A DNA stretch of 63,471 bases, counting the filler, from Chiloscyllium plagiosum (Eukaryota): assembly GCF_004010195.1 (NCBI RefSeq). It is 3 parts of one record of this genome, joined end to end, with 100 filler letters (N's around TTAATTAATTAA, not from the genome) between each part and the next. Parts side by side here need not be neighbours in the genome. Positions count along the whole stretch, not along the records: positions 1 to 25,350 come from NC_057716.1; positions 25,451 to 53,433 come from NC_057716.1; 1 more part is not named here. One strand, given 5' to 3'. Shown here piece after piece: positions 13,234 through 25,645 of this stretch. The translations under genes were made by a program, and so were the position numbers. The notes under the pieces are model-generated. The model ran no database searches and had not been told where the DNA came from. It was given only the letters and a program-made list of their open reading frames with translations. Each line of letters starts with the position of its first letter. The first letter of the stretch is position 1.

Positions 13234-14389
13234 ATTATTGATTCTTCCACAGAGGGGAAAGTTATTTCCTGTCTAAAACTCTCATAATTTGATACCTTCA
13301 ATCATGTGCCCGGTCTTCTGCTTCAGTGAAAATAACCCCGGTCTATCCAACATCTGTTCATAACTGAAACTCTCCAGCTTCGAAAACAACCTGGTAAATC
13401 TCCTCTGCACCCTCACCAGTGCTATCTCATCCCTCCGAGAATGTGGATTCCAGACCTGCACACAGTACTCTCTCTGTGGCTTAACCAACATGTGGTGTGG
13501 GCACCACCCTGAGGAACAGTAGAAGCTGAGACTCAATTGGTGTCACTTATCTGGATCTATTTAGATTGGCTCTGTCAGGTGACCTGAGCACAAACTACCT
13601 GTTGGAACTCCCAGTGCAGGAGTGAGGGGGTGCTGCACTGTTGGAGGTACAATCTCCCATGTGAGATTCTCGACCAAGGCTCCTGAGGTTTTGTTGGGGG
13701 CTGGAATTTTCAGTCTACCTTGGAACATGGGACGATGCTGGAGTGGAAAACATGTTTTGTAAAATATGGAAGTCGACAAGGGGCTTGGGGAGGGGACTGT
13801 ACTTTAAGTTTGCGTTCTGATGTTTTGTTTGGCACAGATGAAGATCTGGGTCTATTGCATTTCTGTAGCACCTTTCAACCTGAAGAGATCCTTTACAGCC
13901 AATGAGGCAGCTTTGATGTGTGGTCACAATTTTAAAGCGGGAAGCAAAATGTTTGCACACCAAAATCCCACAAATATGGTGTGACAGTAGTCAGATGAGT
14001 TGCCTTTTATGGATAGTTATTGACCAGGACTCCAGAGAAATCTCCTGCTTTTCTTTGTAATTGGAGCTGTTATGTTTTATTTTAAGTTTAATTTGAAAGA
14101 GGACAGTGCAGCACACCCTCAGCTCGTCACCTCAGGTGCCAGCTCGATTTTTTGTGCTCAAGCCCCTGGAGTGGCACTTCAACACACAACCTCAACCCAT
14201 TCATTACAGCCAGCATCTATATCATTCATAACTTCTTTGGACAAGACACCATGCCAATAGGAGAAAGGAACTTTCAGTGTATCAAATGGACATTGAATGT
14301 TTTTGTTTGTATCACAAAATCTTTGAATAATTTGATGGTAGGACAGTCTATAGCTGTCAGTCAACAATCTTTTACAGTTTTCTAACAGT

Positions 14390-14690
14390 CCCTTCATTGA
14401 ATAATTCTGGGACATCTCTGATTTGTCAGACTGCTGTGCCAGCTCTGGATCAATAGAAATTTCCTCAGCTTTTTGAATGATTGGTAGTGAGCTCCTCCCA
14501 ATCATTAACGCCAATGCTGCCACACTTGGAGGGGACCTTCAGAGTGTCTTTGTAGCACTTTCGTCGTCCCCTCCTGAGTGTTGACCATTTTGAGAGATGA
14601 GAAAGCAGGACTTGCCAAGGGAGAAACTTGTTGGCCACCATACAGTGTCCAGATTGTTGAAGTTGGATTTGTTGGGAATTTTCCATTCTT
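14390..14690 (-). mobile_element. RTE-clade LINE 3' fragment
   Basis: QVLLSHL..RGRRKCYKDTLK..DWEEL resembles the RTE/BovB ORF C-terminus. A similar decayed copy lies on + at about 47130-47690. Confidence 0.6.
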
Positions 14691-14700
14691 GCCACTATTC

Positions 14701-14959
14701 CTAGAATCCCTATCGTGTGGAAGCAGGCCATTCGGCCCATCGGGTCCACATTGAAGAGCACACTACCCAGACCCACCCTTCTACCCTGTAACCCCACATT
14801 TTCCTTGGCTAACCCATTGAGCCTGCACATCTGTTGGACTGTGGGAGGAAACCGGAGCACCCAGAGGAAACCTACACAGGCATGGGGAGAATGTGCAAAC
14901 TCCACATGGACAGTCACCTGAGGCTGGAATTGAACCTGGGTCCCTGGCACTGTGATGGC
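14701..14959 (-). mobile_element. HE1/V-SINE-like SINE
   Basis: Reverse-complement copy of the same family. Confidence 0.75.
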
Positions 14960-15065
14960 CAGTGCAACTCTTTAAGGAATTCCTGATCATCTATTGCTGG
15001 CATGCACAGCAACAACTCGAGAGCTTTCCCAGAATTATTGAATGCTCCTGGAGTCGCGGCAACAC

Positions 15066-15373
15066 TTTAGATGAGATTCCCTACAGTGTGGAAACAGGCC
15101 CTTTGGCCCAACAAGTCCACACTGACCCTCCGAAGGGTAACCCACCCAGACGCATTTCCCTCTGACTAATGTACCTAACGCTATGGGCAATTTAGCATGG
15201 CCAATTCACCTGAGCTGCACATCTTTGGACTGTGGGAGGAAACCGGAGCACCTGGAGGAAACTCTCTCAGATACAGGGAGAATGTGCAAACTCCACACAG
15301 ACAGTCGCTCGAGGCTGGAATTGAACGCAGGACCCTGGTGCTGTGAGGCAGCAGTGCTAACCACTGTGCCACC
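15066..15373 (-). mobile_element. HE1/V-SINE-like SINE
   Basis: Near-complete reverse-complement copy. Confidence 0.85.
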
Positions 15374-15382
15374 CAGAAATTC

Positions 15383-15471
15383 TGGCTCATCCGCGATTTG
15401 AACCAGGGACCTCTCTCAAGTCTGCGGAATTTGAAGGCCACCAGAGAATCATACCACTAGACCAACGAGCC
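15383..15471 (-). pseudogene. tRNA-Pro-derived pseudogene with about 17 extra nt in the anticodon arm
   Basis: Minus strand GGCTCGTTGGTCTAGTGGTATGATTCTC...GAGAGGTCCCTGGTTCAAATCGCGGATGAGCCA matches both halves of vertebrate tRNA-Pro. The acceptor stem pairs, the T-stem has two mismatches, and the anticodon arm is disrupted. Confidence 0.8.
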
Positions 15472-16251
15472 ACTTCTGGAAGTCTATCCCTGAATACCCT
15501 CTATCTCTCGACCTCTCACTTCCTTTAAGGTGTTTTGAGCAAGACTTTGGTCATCTGTACTGCCATCTCCCTGTTACAAGGCCTGGTGTTAAATTGTGCA
15601 AGAGCATATTGTGTGAAAGGTGGCATATGAATACAAATTATTGTTGGAATAACATTCAGCTGCAAGCTGCTACATTCTGTGCATAAACCATGTCTTTGAG
15701 GTTGTAGTTGTTAGGTTTCCAAGGTTATGGCTGCATTATATTAGTGGGATCTTGTGTGTTTTAAAGCTATCAATCCAGGGAAAGAAACAAAGTGAGTAGA
15801 TTTACAGTTACCAGAATCTTATATGGGAAATAAGAGACATCGATGGGACAAGTGGCAGAAGGGTAGGGACCAGAATGAATTTGGTGTTAGGTAAACGGTC
15901 CTGTCAGACGAATCGTAGCTACTCAGCCATGGGGGATATTGTTTGAGCTCCCCAGCAACTGTACTGCAGAGATTGAATAAAACATGAACTGACAGTTACA
16001 GCTCATCTGATATCTCTGACACAGACTGTGAGCTCGCGTCAGAATGATAGACTGATGCAAAGGCAAAAGGAAGACCCCATTGCCTATTATCCCTATTCCA
16101 GCCCACCTGAACTCTCAGGCTCCCAAAAATCCTCCACAATTTCGTTCCCCTGCCAATAACAAAGGCGAACAACTAATGTCCTTCAACTGGAAAAATCTGC
16201 TATCATTATCTAATCTGGTCTACAGGTGACTCCAGATCCACAGAAATGTGT

Positions 16252-16440
16252 AGATAAAAACAATGACTGCAGATGCTGGAAACCAGAGTCTAGATTAGAG
16301 TGGTGCTGGAAAAGCACGGCAGGTCAGGCAGCATCCAAGGAGCAAGAATAGATGAAGGGCTTTTGCCCAAAACGTCGATTTTCCCGCTCCTCGGATGCTG
16401 CCTGACCTGTGCTTTTCCAGCACCACTTTAATCTAGACCC
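16252..16440. mobile_element. Penelope-derived hairpin mini-element (family A) with 14-bp TSD
   Basis: TSD CCA(C/T)AGAAATGTGT at 16238-16251 and 16441-16454. Inserted into a SINE. Confidence 0.78.
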
Positions 16441-17079
16441 CCATAGAAATGTGTTGACTCCAAAATACCCTCTGAAATAGCTGAACAACTCATGGGTTAA
16501 TGGTCTTATCACTAGCAGAGACCCCAGTAATGTTCTGTTTGAATCCTATCATGGCAGGTGGCGGAAAGTGAGTTCAATAAAAATCTGGAATTGAGTGTCT
16601 AACGATGACCATGAAACCAATGTCAGTTGTCAGGAAAGATTCATATTTTGTCAGCGCTAGAATCCAGTCATATTTCGTACTTGATGTATTATGCCTTCTC
16701 CCAACATCAGCTGGGTGTGCATAAAGTCACCCATTCACTGCTTGCCTGTGATGTGGCCCTTTTGTCCTGCACACACGGGTGGAAAATAGGCACTTATGGT
16801 CGAAGGTATTCTGAGTGCAAGGGGTGACTGGCTCTTACAAAACTGCATCCCAGAAGGAGTCAATGATGTGGAAATATGTACTCATTGCACCCAGTTTCCA
16901 TGAGCTGAAGAAGCAAGGGAATTTTAAGGTACAAATATTCCGTATCCGATGTTGCATTTTTTTTTTTTGCAACCTTACTCAAACAGCTTCTTTACTGGCT
17001 TCCTGGGTGACCAATTTAATTAGGTCTGGAACGGCTTGAATAGAAAATATTGATAGTACTCAGGGGACCAGGCAGCTTC

Positions 17080-18557
17080 TATACGTTCTTGTGAGGGTGA
17101 AAGTCAAGGTTGAGAGGAATAGGAAACCCTGGATGACCAGAGATATTGAGGCTTTGATCAGAAAAAAAAGGAGGTATGACTCTGGTAGAGGCAGCTAGGA
17201 TCAAGGGAATCCCTGGAAGTATATGCGGGATACAGGAGTTTACTGAGCAAGGAAATCAGGAGGGTGAAAAGGGGGCACAAGGTAGCCTTGGCTGAGAAGA
17301 TTAGGATGAATCCAAAGTTTCATTAAGTATATTAAAGGAAAAAGAATAACTAGAGAGAATGGGAACCCTGAAGGACCAAAGTGGGCATGTAAGTGTCGAA
17401 CCGCAAGAGATGGGCAAAATCCTCAATGAATATTTCTCCTGTGTTTACTACGAAGGAAAGCATGAAGACTTGGGGAAGTTAGTGGTCATATCTTGGGGAC
17501 AGTCCACATCACAGTAGAGCAAGTGTTGGATGCATTAGAATGTATGAAGGTGGATAAATCTCCTGGTCCTAGTGGTATGCCTCAGGGGTTGGTACTGGAC
17601 TCATTACTGTTTTGTTATCTATATCAATGATTTGGATGGGAATGTCCAAGGCTTGGTTGGTAAGTTTGCAGATGACACTAAAGTAGGCAGTATCGTGATC
17701 AGTGAGGAAGGTTATCAGAAATTGCAGCAGGACCTTGATCAGCTGGGGGAGTGGGCCGAGAAATAGCAAATGGAATTTAATATAGATAAGTGTGAGGTCT
17801 TGCATTTTGTAAAGTCAAATCGAGGTAGGAGTTTCAAAGTGAATGGTAGGGCCTTAAGAAGTGTGGTGGAACAGAGGGGCCTTGGAGTTCAGGTGCACGG
17901 TTCTCTGAAAGTAAGTCCCAGGTAGACAGGGTAATGAGGAAGGCTTTTAGCACACTGGTCTTCATCAGTCAGGGCATTGAGTATAGAAGTTGGGAGGTTA
18001 TGTTGCAGTTGTACAGGGTATTGGTGAGGCCACATTTGGAGCAATGTGTTCAGTCTTGGTCACCTTGTTATAGGAAGGATGTTATTAAACTGGAAAGTGT
18101 AGATGAAATTTGCAAGGATGTTGCCAGGACTCAAGGGTCTGAGTTATAAGGAGAGGTTGGACAGGCTAGGACTTTTTTCTTTAGCGCATAGGAGTCTGAG
18201 GGGGGATCTTACAGTGGCATATAAGATCATGAGAGGCATGGATAGGGTGAATGCACTCAGTCTTTTTCCCAGGTTAAGGGAATCATGGACCAAAGGGGAA
18301 CAAATAAAAGGAACCTGGTGGGCAACTTTCTTACGCAGAGAGTGATACACACATGAAATGAGCTGCCAGCGGAAGTGGTTGAGGCAGGTACATTAACAAT
18401 ATTTAAAAGGCATTTGGACAGATACATGGATAGGAAAGGATTGGAAGGATATTGGCCTAGTGCAGGGAAATAGGGTTAGCGTGGACTGACATTTTGGTCG
18501 GCAAGGACCAGTTTGGGCTGAAGGGCCTGTCTCCGTGCTGTAGGACTCTATGACTCT
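17080..18557 (+). mobile_element. CR1 LINE, internally deleted ORF2 to 3' end
   Basis: YINDLD..KFADDTK RT motif, VRPHLEQCVQ, and a (GACTCTAT)n-type tail. Confidence 0.92.
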
Positions 18558-19759
18558 GAAGGAATAGGTGTCCTGGTGCAGAGAGGCCTTGATGTTCATG
18601 GCACATTGCCGAAAAGGGAGTGATATTGGGGAAAACAAAATTACAACAGAAGGGTCTGGGGGAGCTTTTGTTCTGATTGTCATTGATGGTACCTGCCCCC
18701 TCATTGTGGTCAAGTCAGTGGGCACTTAATGGTATCTGCCCCCTCTACCAGAGTGTGACAAATAGTAAGGGTTGTTTGAGGTAGTTTGCTGCCAATAGTT
18801 CTCCTTTGTCTATATTGTGTCTAGGTTCTGTCTATCCGTAGTAGAGAATGTCCACTGGATGAATCAAAACAGGAAAGACACTTCTTGTGTACGATCTGGT
18901 GTATGACATGATAGCAGTAACTACAACTTACCTTACTAGTCAGGCATAATTACTGAGGACTCCCTAGAGCTGTGCAGACCCATCTGCTCCCGAGTGTAGA
19001 ATTGCCAGTCTCTTTTCAAAGATTGAGAGATTATCAGATTGAGTGGAGCTTATGCAATTTCAACATTAACACTTTCAGAAGTATTAGCCAAATGTTTTTG
19101 TTTGTTCATGGGATATGGGCATTGCCGGCTGGGTCAGCATTTATTGTTCATTCCTAATTATCCAGAGGACTGTTAAGAGTCAACCACATTGCTGTGGGTC
19201 TGGAGCCACATATAGGCCAGAGCAGGTAAAGATGGCAGTTCCGTTCCTAAAGGGCATTAGTGAAGCAGATAGGATTTTAACAGCAACATTAGTTGTCATT
19301 AGACTTTTAATAGAATTCAAATTTTACCATTTGTCAAAGTAGGATTCAAATCCCAGAACAGTACCGGAGTCTCAATTGATGAATCTAGTGACAATACCTC
19401 TATGCTAACATCTCTTCTTGCTATCACAGATTGAATGGCAAAATGGTGAACAGCTGCCATTGGGAAGCAAAAACAAGATAAGAGATTAATTCCCATTTTA
19501 AGCTTATTTTGCAGAAACCTGTAAACAGCAGCCCCTGCTACTTTAATTTTGCAAGCAACCTAAGCTGTGATTGGTGCTTGTAGAACTATGGAGGTCTCCA
19601 TCAAAAGGCTATCTTGTTTAAAGTTTCACTGTAGACACTCCCAGGAGTTGGTGCTAACTCATCCCCTACTCCCTTTCTACTGCCTCACCATCATCCCTAC
19701 ACTAACTATCACAGTTTCACAAGATTCACCTGAGGTTTGTTGCTCTGTCATTTTCATTG

Positions 19760-20070
19760 TGGACAAAATCGGAAGTCACATGATACAAGGTATAGTCCAA
19801 CCAGTTTATTTTTAATCAAGCTTTCAGAGCGTTGCTCCTTCATGTGGTGTGACTTCTGACCATGGCGGAAGTGAGGACTGCAGATGCTGGAGATCTGAGT
19901 CTAGATCAAAGTTTCAGGCAAAATGAGGCCTCATTCCTGATGAAGGGCTTTTGCCCGAAGCGTCAATTTTCCTGCTCCTCGGATGCTGCCTGACCTGCAG
20001 TGCCTTTCCTGCACCATGCTAATCCTGACATTGTCCACCCTAGTTCAATGCTGACACCTCTACGATGTCG
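19760..20070. mobile_element. Nested Penelope-terminus elements (family A inside family B)
   Basis: Family B terminus at 19760-19860 and 20026-20070, interrupted by a family A copy containing CCTGATGAAGGGCTTTTGCCCGAAGCGTC. Confidence 0.6.
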
Positions 20071-20133
20071 TTGCGTGTCTTAGTTTGGGTTGTGGCCTTG
20101 GTCAGATTAGATAGTGTAGAAAGCAAAGCAGCT

Positions 20134-20415
20134 GACAGCACGGTGGCACAGTGGTTAGCACTGCTGCCTCACAGCACCAGAGACCCGGGTTCATTTCCCG
20201 CCTCAGGTGACTGACTGTGTGGAGTTTGCACGTTCTCCCCGTGTCTGCGTGGGTTTCCTCCCACAGTCCAAAGATGTGCAGGTCAGGTGAATTGGCCATG
20301 CTCAATTGCCCGTAGTGTTAGGTAAGGGGTAAATGTATGGGTGGGTTTCGCTTCGGCGGGGCGGTGTGGACTTGTTGGGCCGAAGGGCCTGTTTCCACAC
20401 TGTAAGTAATCTAAT
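20134..20415 (+). mobile_element. HE1/V-SINE-like SINE
   Basis: CAGCACGGTGGCACAGTGGTTAGCACTGCTGCCTCACAGC head through the CR1-like tail. Confidence 0.88.
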
Positions 20416-23120
20416 ATTTAACATTGTTTATTTTTACCTTTAAATAGAGGCTTTGGCATCTTGGTAATATCACTGGGCTCTTAATCCAGAGCTCCAAAAG
20501 TATTATTCTGGAGGTCATGGGTTCAAATCCCACCTCCAAAAGATGGTGAAATTTGAATTTAATAAAAATCTGGAATAAAAGGTAGTCTGGTGACCATGTA
20601 GCCATCTTTGATTGTTGTAAAAACAGATCTACTTTTCTAATGTCCTTTAGGAAAGAGATGTCCTGTCCTTATGCAGTCTAAGACATCAAACCAACAGCAA
20701 CTACCCTCTGTGCAATTCATGGCTAATAAATGCCAGTCTAGCCAATGGCACAAACATGCATCTCATGGATGGCTTTTTAAAAATATATACAGGACAAACT
20801 CCGTGAGACTGCATGTGGAACCATCTCAATAATCTCTGCCATGTGATCTTCCATCACGAATGAGGACTGATTGATTATATTTATCATTAACTCTTTACAC
20901 TACAGTTGCTGGTGAAGGTGGTGGGTTTGATTGGCAAGTATGGCACGTAATTAAAATCCGGTCCAATTTTGGACCTTCAGTACCTTGTGACACAGTGATG
21001 CCTTCCCATGGTCTTTACCTAAAGCTTGTACCGCTGCTCAATTTCTACCCAAATGTTCCTGAAAAGGAGAGGGAAGGAACAAAGAGAAACTGGAAAAATA
21101 ATTTCCAGCCGACCGCAAAATAATGACAGATGGCACGAGTCAGGAGTGAGCACATCCAATTTAAGTTCTAAATTGGAGGGATCTGAGATGGACATGATGA
21201 AAGAGACAGTCAAGATGGTTCGGGAGCTTTTGTCAGAGGTTGCAAATTTGAAAAGTGGCCTTATCACACAGATCATTAAAGGCAGTGCATCAGCTATGAG
21301 CAATGGCATGTGATGCACCCATCTATATATCTAGTTTTCGACATTCAATGTGGAAGGATTGCAGTGGATTACCACTGATTCATACAGTGTACATGGCCCC
21401 GGGTGCATGAAGAGGAAGGCTTTTACACTTCTCCAATTAGCGTCGACAGACAGCAGAATAATCCTTGCAGACTTTTTTTTCTCGAACCTGCAGATGTCTG
21501 CACACTTCTGCTGCAATTTAACAGCAGATTAAAAGATAATGTCATGCCCTTCCCCCAATTCACTCATTTCCCAGCAGTTTCCTATACACTGGTTTAAGCT
21601 ACAGATGACCAATTTTATTGCAGTGAAGATACCTATCGAGCCCTGGGTTCTCAAGTCAATAAACAAAACTCCACACACTTAAAAGATTCTTAGGGGGGTT
21701 GAATTTTTTTTTTGTTTCAATGACACTGCCTTTCTGGGTAGAGGGTAAAGCATTGAGGTGGAGAAGTTGTTTCCTTTGTGGGACAGTCTGGGACCAGCAG
21801 GTGTAATCTCTGTATGAAGGGGTAACATTTCAGACAGAGATGGGAAGTAATTTCTTCTATCAGAAGGTAGCGAATCTGACTTTTTTTAAACTGCAGAGGG
21901 CTGTTGAGACTGAGTCATTAAATATATTCAAGTCTGACATAGATTTCTAATAAGTGGGAATCAGGGGTTATAGGGAAAAGGCAGGAAAGTGGAATTGAGG
22001 ATTGTCAGATCAGCCTTAACCTCATTGAATTGCAGAGCAGAGTGAGTGGGCTGAATGGCCTATATCTGCCCTCACATCTTATGGTCTTACCAATGGCAAG
22101 GTCAGCATTGATTCCCTAGGCCTCAGGCCTAAGAAGGCGATGGTAAGCCACCATTTTGAATCACTGCAGTCTGTGAGAATTATAACTTTCCACACAATTA
22201 AGTGTCGTAAAATCAAAGGTCAACTGCATTGCTGTGGCTCTGGAGTTACAGATAAGCCTGGCTGGGATAGTAGATTTCCCTCCCCAGAAGACACTAGTGA
22301 GCCAGATGGGGTTTTACAACAATTCCAATTGTTTCCTGAGCACTTTTAAATGTAGATTTCACAGAATCGCAGAATTGCTAGGGCACTGAGGGAGGCCATT
22401 TGGCCCATCGTGCCTGCACTGGTTCTATTACCTACTGCCAATCTCCTACCTTTTCCCCCTTATCCCTGCACGTGCACACAAGCAATGCCCTTTTGAATAC
22501 CTCAATTGAACTTATCTCCATCACAATTCAAGGCAGTGCATTCCAGACCCAAACTACTTCCTGACGTACAGCTGAAAGTTGATTCTCACATCAATCTTGC
22601 TTCATTTGAATTTGTTGTGGTGATTGAGCTCATGTCTCTGGTTTATTAGGGTAGTAACATGACCACTAAGCTACCGTATCCATTTCCAGCATGTTGCTCA
22701 GCTACAGTAAAGCCACTTAATAATTTATGACGTGGAGGTGCTGGTGTTGGACTGGGGTGGTCAAAGTTAAAAATCTCTCACAACACCAGGTTAAAGTCCA
22801 ACAGATTTACTTGATCGCTTGTGATGATTAACTTAATAATTTATAGCAGTCAGAAAGTGGTTCAATTCTCTCCAAGATATGGGCAGGGATTCTTTCCATT
22901 TCTAGGTGCCAAGATTAGATTTCATGAAAGAAAGCAAAGCTCCAATTTAGTAAGTTCCCACTGGAATCATTACAAAGATTCCTGTCCGCTGACAATTACA
23001 TTCAAATGTGTCGTCCCTCTGTGCAAGACCTTCCATGGCCTCACAATTATCTACTTCCCTAAAAGTAGGGAGGCCTTGCTAGAACTGTACAGAGCAATGG
23101 AGAAACTTCATCTCCCTAAG

Positions 23121-23740
23121 ACTATAAGACCATAAGACATAGGAGCGTAACTAAGGCCATTCGGCCCATCGAGTCCACTCTGCTATTCAGTCATGGCTGA
23201 TGGACATTTCAACGCCACTTACCCGCACTCTCCCCATATCACTTGATTCTTTGCAAGATTAAGAATTTATCAATCTCTGCCTTGAAGACATTTACCGTCC
23301 CAGCCTCCACTGTGCTTCGTGGTAATGAATTCCACAGGCCCACCACTCGCAGAAGAAATGTCTCCTCATTTCTGTTCTAAATTGACCCCCGCCTAATTCT
23401 AAGGCTGTGCCCACGGATCCTAGTCCCCGCCTGACAGAAACAAATTCCCAGCGTCCACCCTTACTAAGCAATGTATTATCTTGTAAGTTTCTATTAGATC
23501 TCCCCTCAACCTTCTAAACTCTAATGAATACAATCCCAGGATCCTTAGCCATTCGTCGTTTGTTAGGCCTATCATTCCAGACATCATCCGTGTAAATCTC
23601 TGGACATGCTCCAGTGTCAGTATGTCCTTCCTGAGGTATGGGGGCCAAAACTGGACACAGTATTCTAAATGGGGCCTAACTAGAGCTTTATAAAGTCTCA
23701 GTAGCACATCACTGCTTTTACATTCCAATCCTCTTGAGAT
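23121..23740 (-). mobile_element. CR1 LINE 3' fragment
   Basis: LYKALVRPHLEYCVQFW..LEFRRLRGDLIETYKI. Confidence 0.9.
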
Positions 23741-23789
23741 ATATTAATCTTGAGATAAATCTTGAGTATGGAATCATTGAATTTTTTAA

Positions 23790-24460
23790 TTCATTCATGG
23801 GATCCACTGGGTGTGCCGTATTTATTTCCCATCCCTAATTGCCTTTGAGAAGGTAATGGTGAGCTGCCTTCCTGAACCTACACCAAAGTCTGTTTAATTT
23901 CGATAGACCTACAATGCTGTTAAGAATGGAGGGAGCTCCAGGATCTTTACCCAGCAACACTGAAGGCATGATGATATGTTTCCAAGTCAGGGTGGTGAAT
24001 GGCTTGGAGTGGAGGTGGTGGTATTGGTGTGGGTTTAGAAGATGCTATCTAAGGACTTGTTGCATTTCTACAGTGCGCCTTCTCGATAGTACATACCGCT
24101 GCTACTGTGTTTCAGTGATGGGGGGAGTGGTTGTTTGTGGATGTGGTGCCAATCAAGCTTTGTTTTAGATGGTGTCAAGCTTCTTGTGTTGTTGGAGCTG
24201 CACATATCCAGGCGAATGGGGCATATTCCATCACACTCCTGACTTGTCCCTTTCAGATAGTGGACATGCTTGAGGGGGACAAGTGATGATTTGCTCCCTA
24301 TCAGATTCATAGCCTTTAACCTGCTCTTGTAGCCACTGTATTTATGACTTCAGGTTTTGGTCAGTGGTTACCCTCAGGATGTTTTATAGTAAGGGACTCA
24401 GTGTTGGTGATGCCATTGAATATCAAAGGATGGTGGTTGTATTCTCTCTTGCTGGAGACA
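23790..24460 (-). mobile_element. Second LINE lineage (L2/CR1-like) 3' fragment
   Basis: Minus strand AGTCAGGAGTGTGATGGAATATGCCCC (VRSVMEYAP-like). Its 3' tail GGATGGGAAATAAA resembles the tail of the second SINE family. Related pieces at about 2540-2790, 32820-33080 and 40610-40850. Confidence 0.6.
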
Positions 24461-24824
24461 GAAGAATGCCTAACCCTAAACTCTTCATGTCTCTGCAAGA
24501 GTAATTCCTCACCCCACTCTCCATTCTTTGCCTTTCCCCATTACCCTACATTTTTTTTTCTCTTCAGACTGTTTTAAAAAAAATCATTCAACAGATGTGG
24601 CGATTATCCAACTTGTCAACAAAAATCATTAAATTCCACTTCAGGAAGCTATACTGAACCTGCCTCCACCTTACTATCAGACGATAAGATGTAGGAGCAG
24701 AAATAGAACATCCAGTCCATCAAGTCTGCACCATATAACGAGATCATGGCTGCTCTGATAATCCTCAAATCTAGTTCCCTGTCTTTTCCTATAATCCTTG
24801 ATTCCCTTTCTGATTAAAAATCTA

Positions 24825-25067
24825 GGGTCCAGATTAGAGTGGTGCTGGAAAAGCATAGCAAGTCAGGCAGCATCCAAGGAGCAGGAAAATCGATGTTTCG
24901 GGCAAAAGCCCTTCATCAGGAATTCTCATCAGCGTTCTTGATGAAGGGCTTTTGCCCGAAACGTCGGTTTTCCTGCTCCTCGGATGCTACCTGGCCTGCT
25001 GTGCTTTTCCAGCACCACTCTCATCTTGATTCTGATCACCAGCATCTGCAGTCCTCACTGTCACCTC
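24825..25067. mobile_element. Penelope-derived hairpin mini-element (family A) with 12-bp TSD
   Basis: TSD ATTAAAAATCTA at 24813-24824 and 25068-25079. Arms of about 85-90 bp are inverted. Confidence 0.8.
24888..24966. ncRNA. Back-to-back pair of hammerhead motifs (one per strand)
   Basis: Minus strand: CTGATGAAGGGCTTTTGCCCGAAACATC. Plus strand: TTGATGAAGGGCTTTTGCCCGAAACGTC (C3 mutated to T). Confidence 0.6.
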
Positions 25068-25138
25068 ATTAAAAATCTATCGCAGCCTAGTCAAAAATCA
25101 CACATCAGGTTATAGTCCAACAGGTTTAATTGGAAGCA

Positions 25139-25173
25139 CACTAGCTTTCGGAGCGACGCTCCTTCATCAGGTG
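25139..25173 (-). ncRNA. Minimal hammerhead ribozyme motif (family B)
   Basis: Minus strand reads CAC-CTGATGA-A-GGAGC(GTC)GCTCC-GAAA-GC-TA^GTG, with stem I CAC/GTG and palindromic AGCT. Confidence 0.72.
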
Positions 25174-25350
25174 ATTGTGGAGGGCTCGATCGTAACACAG
25201 AATTTATAGCAAACATTTGCAGAGTGATGTAACTGAAGTTATACATTGAAAAATTGATGGTCTGTTAAGCCTTTCATCTGTTAGAATACAGTGATAGTTT
25301 CACTTCTTTAACTATCACTGTATTCTAACAGATGAAAAGCTTAACAGACA

Positions 25351-25450
25351 NNNNNNNNNNNNNNNNNNNNNNNNNNNNNNNNNNNNNNNNNNNNTTAATT
25401 AATTAANNNNNNNNNNNNNNNNNNNNNNNNNNNNNNNNNNNNNNNNNNNN
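25351..25450. other. Artificial contig linker (44N-TTAATTAATTAA-44N)
   Basis: Exactly 100 nt with a six-frame stop spacer in the centre. Confidence 0.95.
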
Positions 25451-25645
25451 GGGAAATGCGTGAGTAGCAATTCAATGTCAGCCAGTACAGGGGGCAGTAT
25501 GGAGGGGGGAAATGCGTGAGTAGCAATTCAATGTCAGCCAGTACAGGGGGCAGTATAGAGGGGGAAATGCATGAGTAGCAATTCAATGTCAGCCAGTACA
25601 GGAGGCAGTATGGAGGGGGGGAAAAATGTGTGAGTAGCAATTCAA
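25451..25645. repeat. Minisatellite, about 55-59-bp unit, about 3.5 copies
   Basis: Repeated GGAAATGCGTGAGTAGCAATTCAATGTCAGCCAGTACAGGGGGCAGTATGGAGGG at the segment start. Confidence 0.9.

Noticed and set aside
21026..21313. 95-aa plus-strand ORF
   Set aside because: No true ATG context, splice support or recognisable homology.
25261..25350. 39-bp-arm hairpin as a miRNA or terminator
   Set aside because: It is the fold-back point of a Penelope terminus at a contig end.
25395..25406. TTAATTAATTAA palindrome (also 53478-53489)
   Set aside because: Synthetic spacer centred in N runs.
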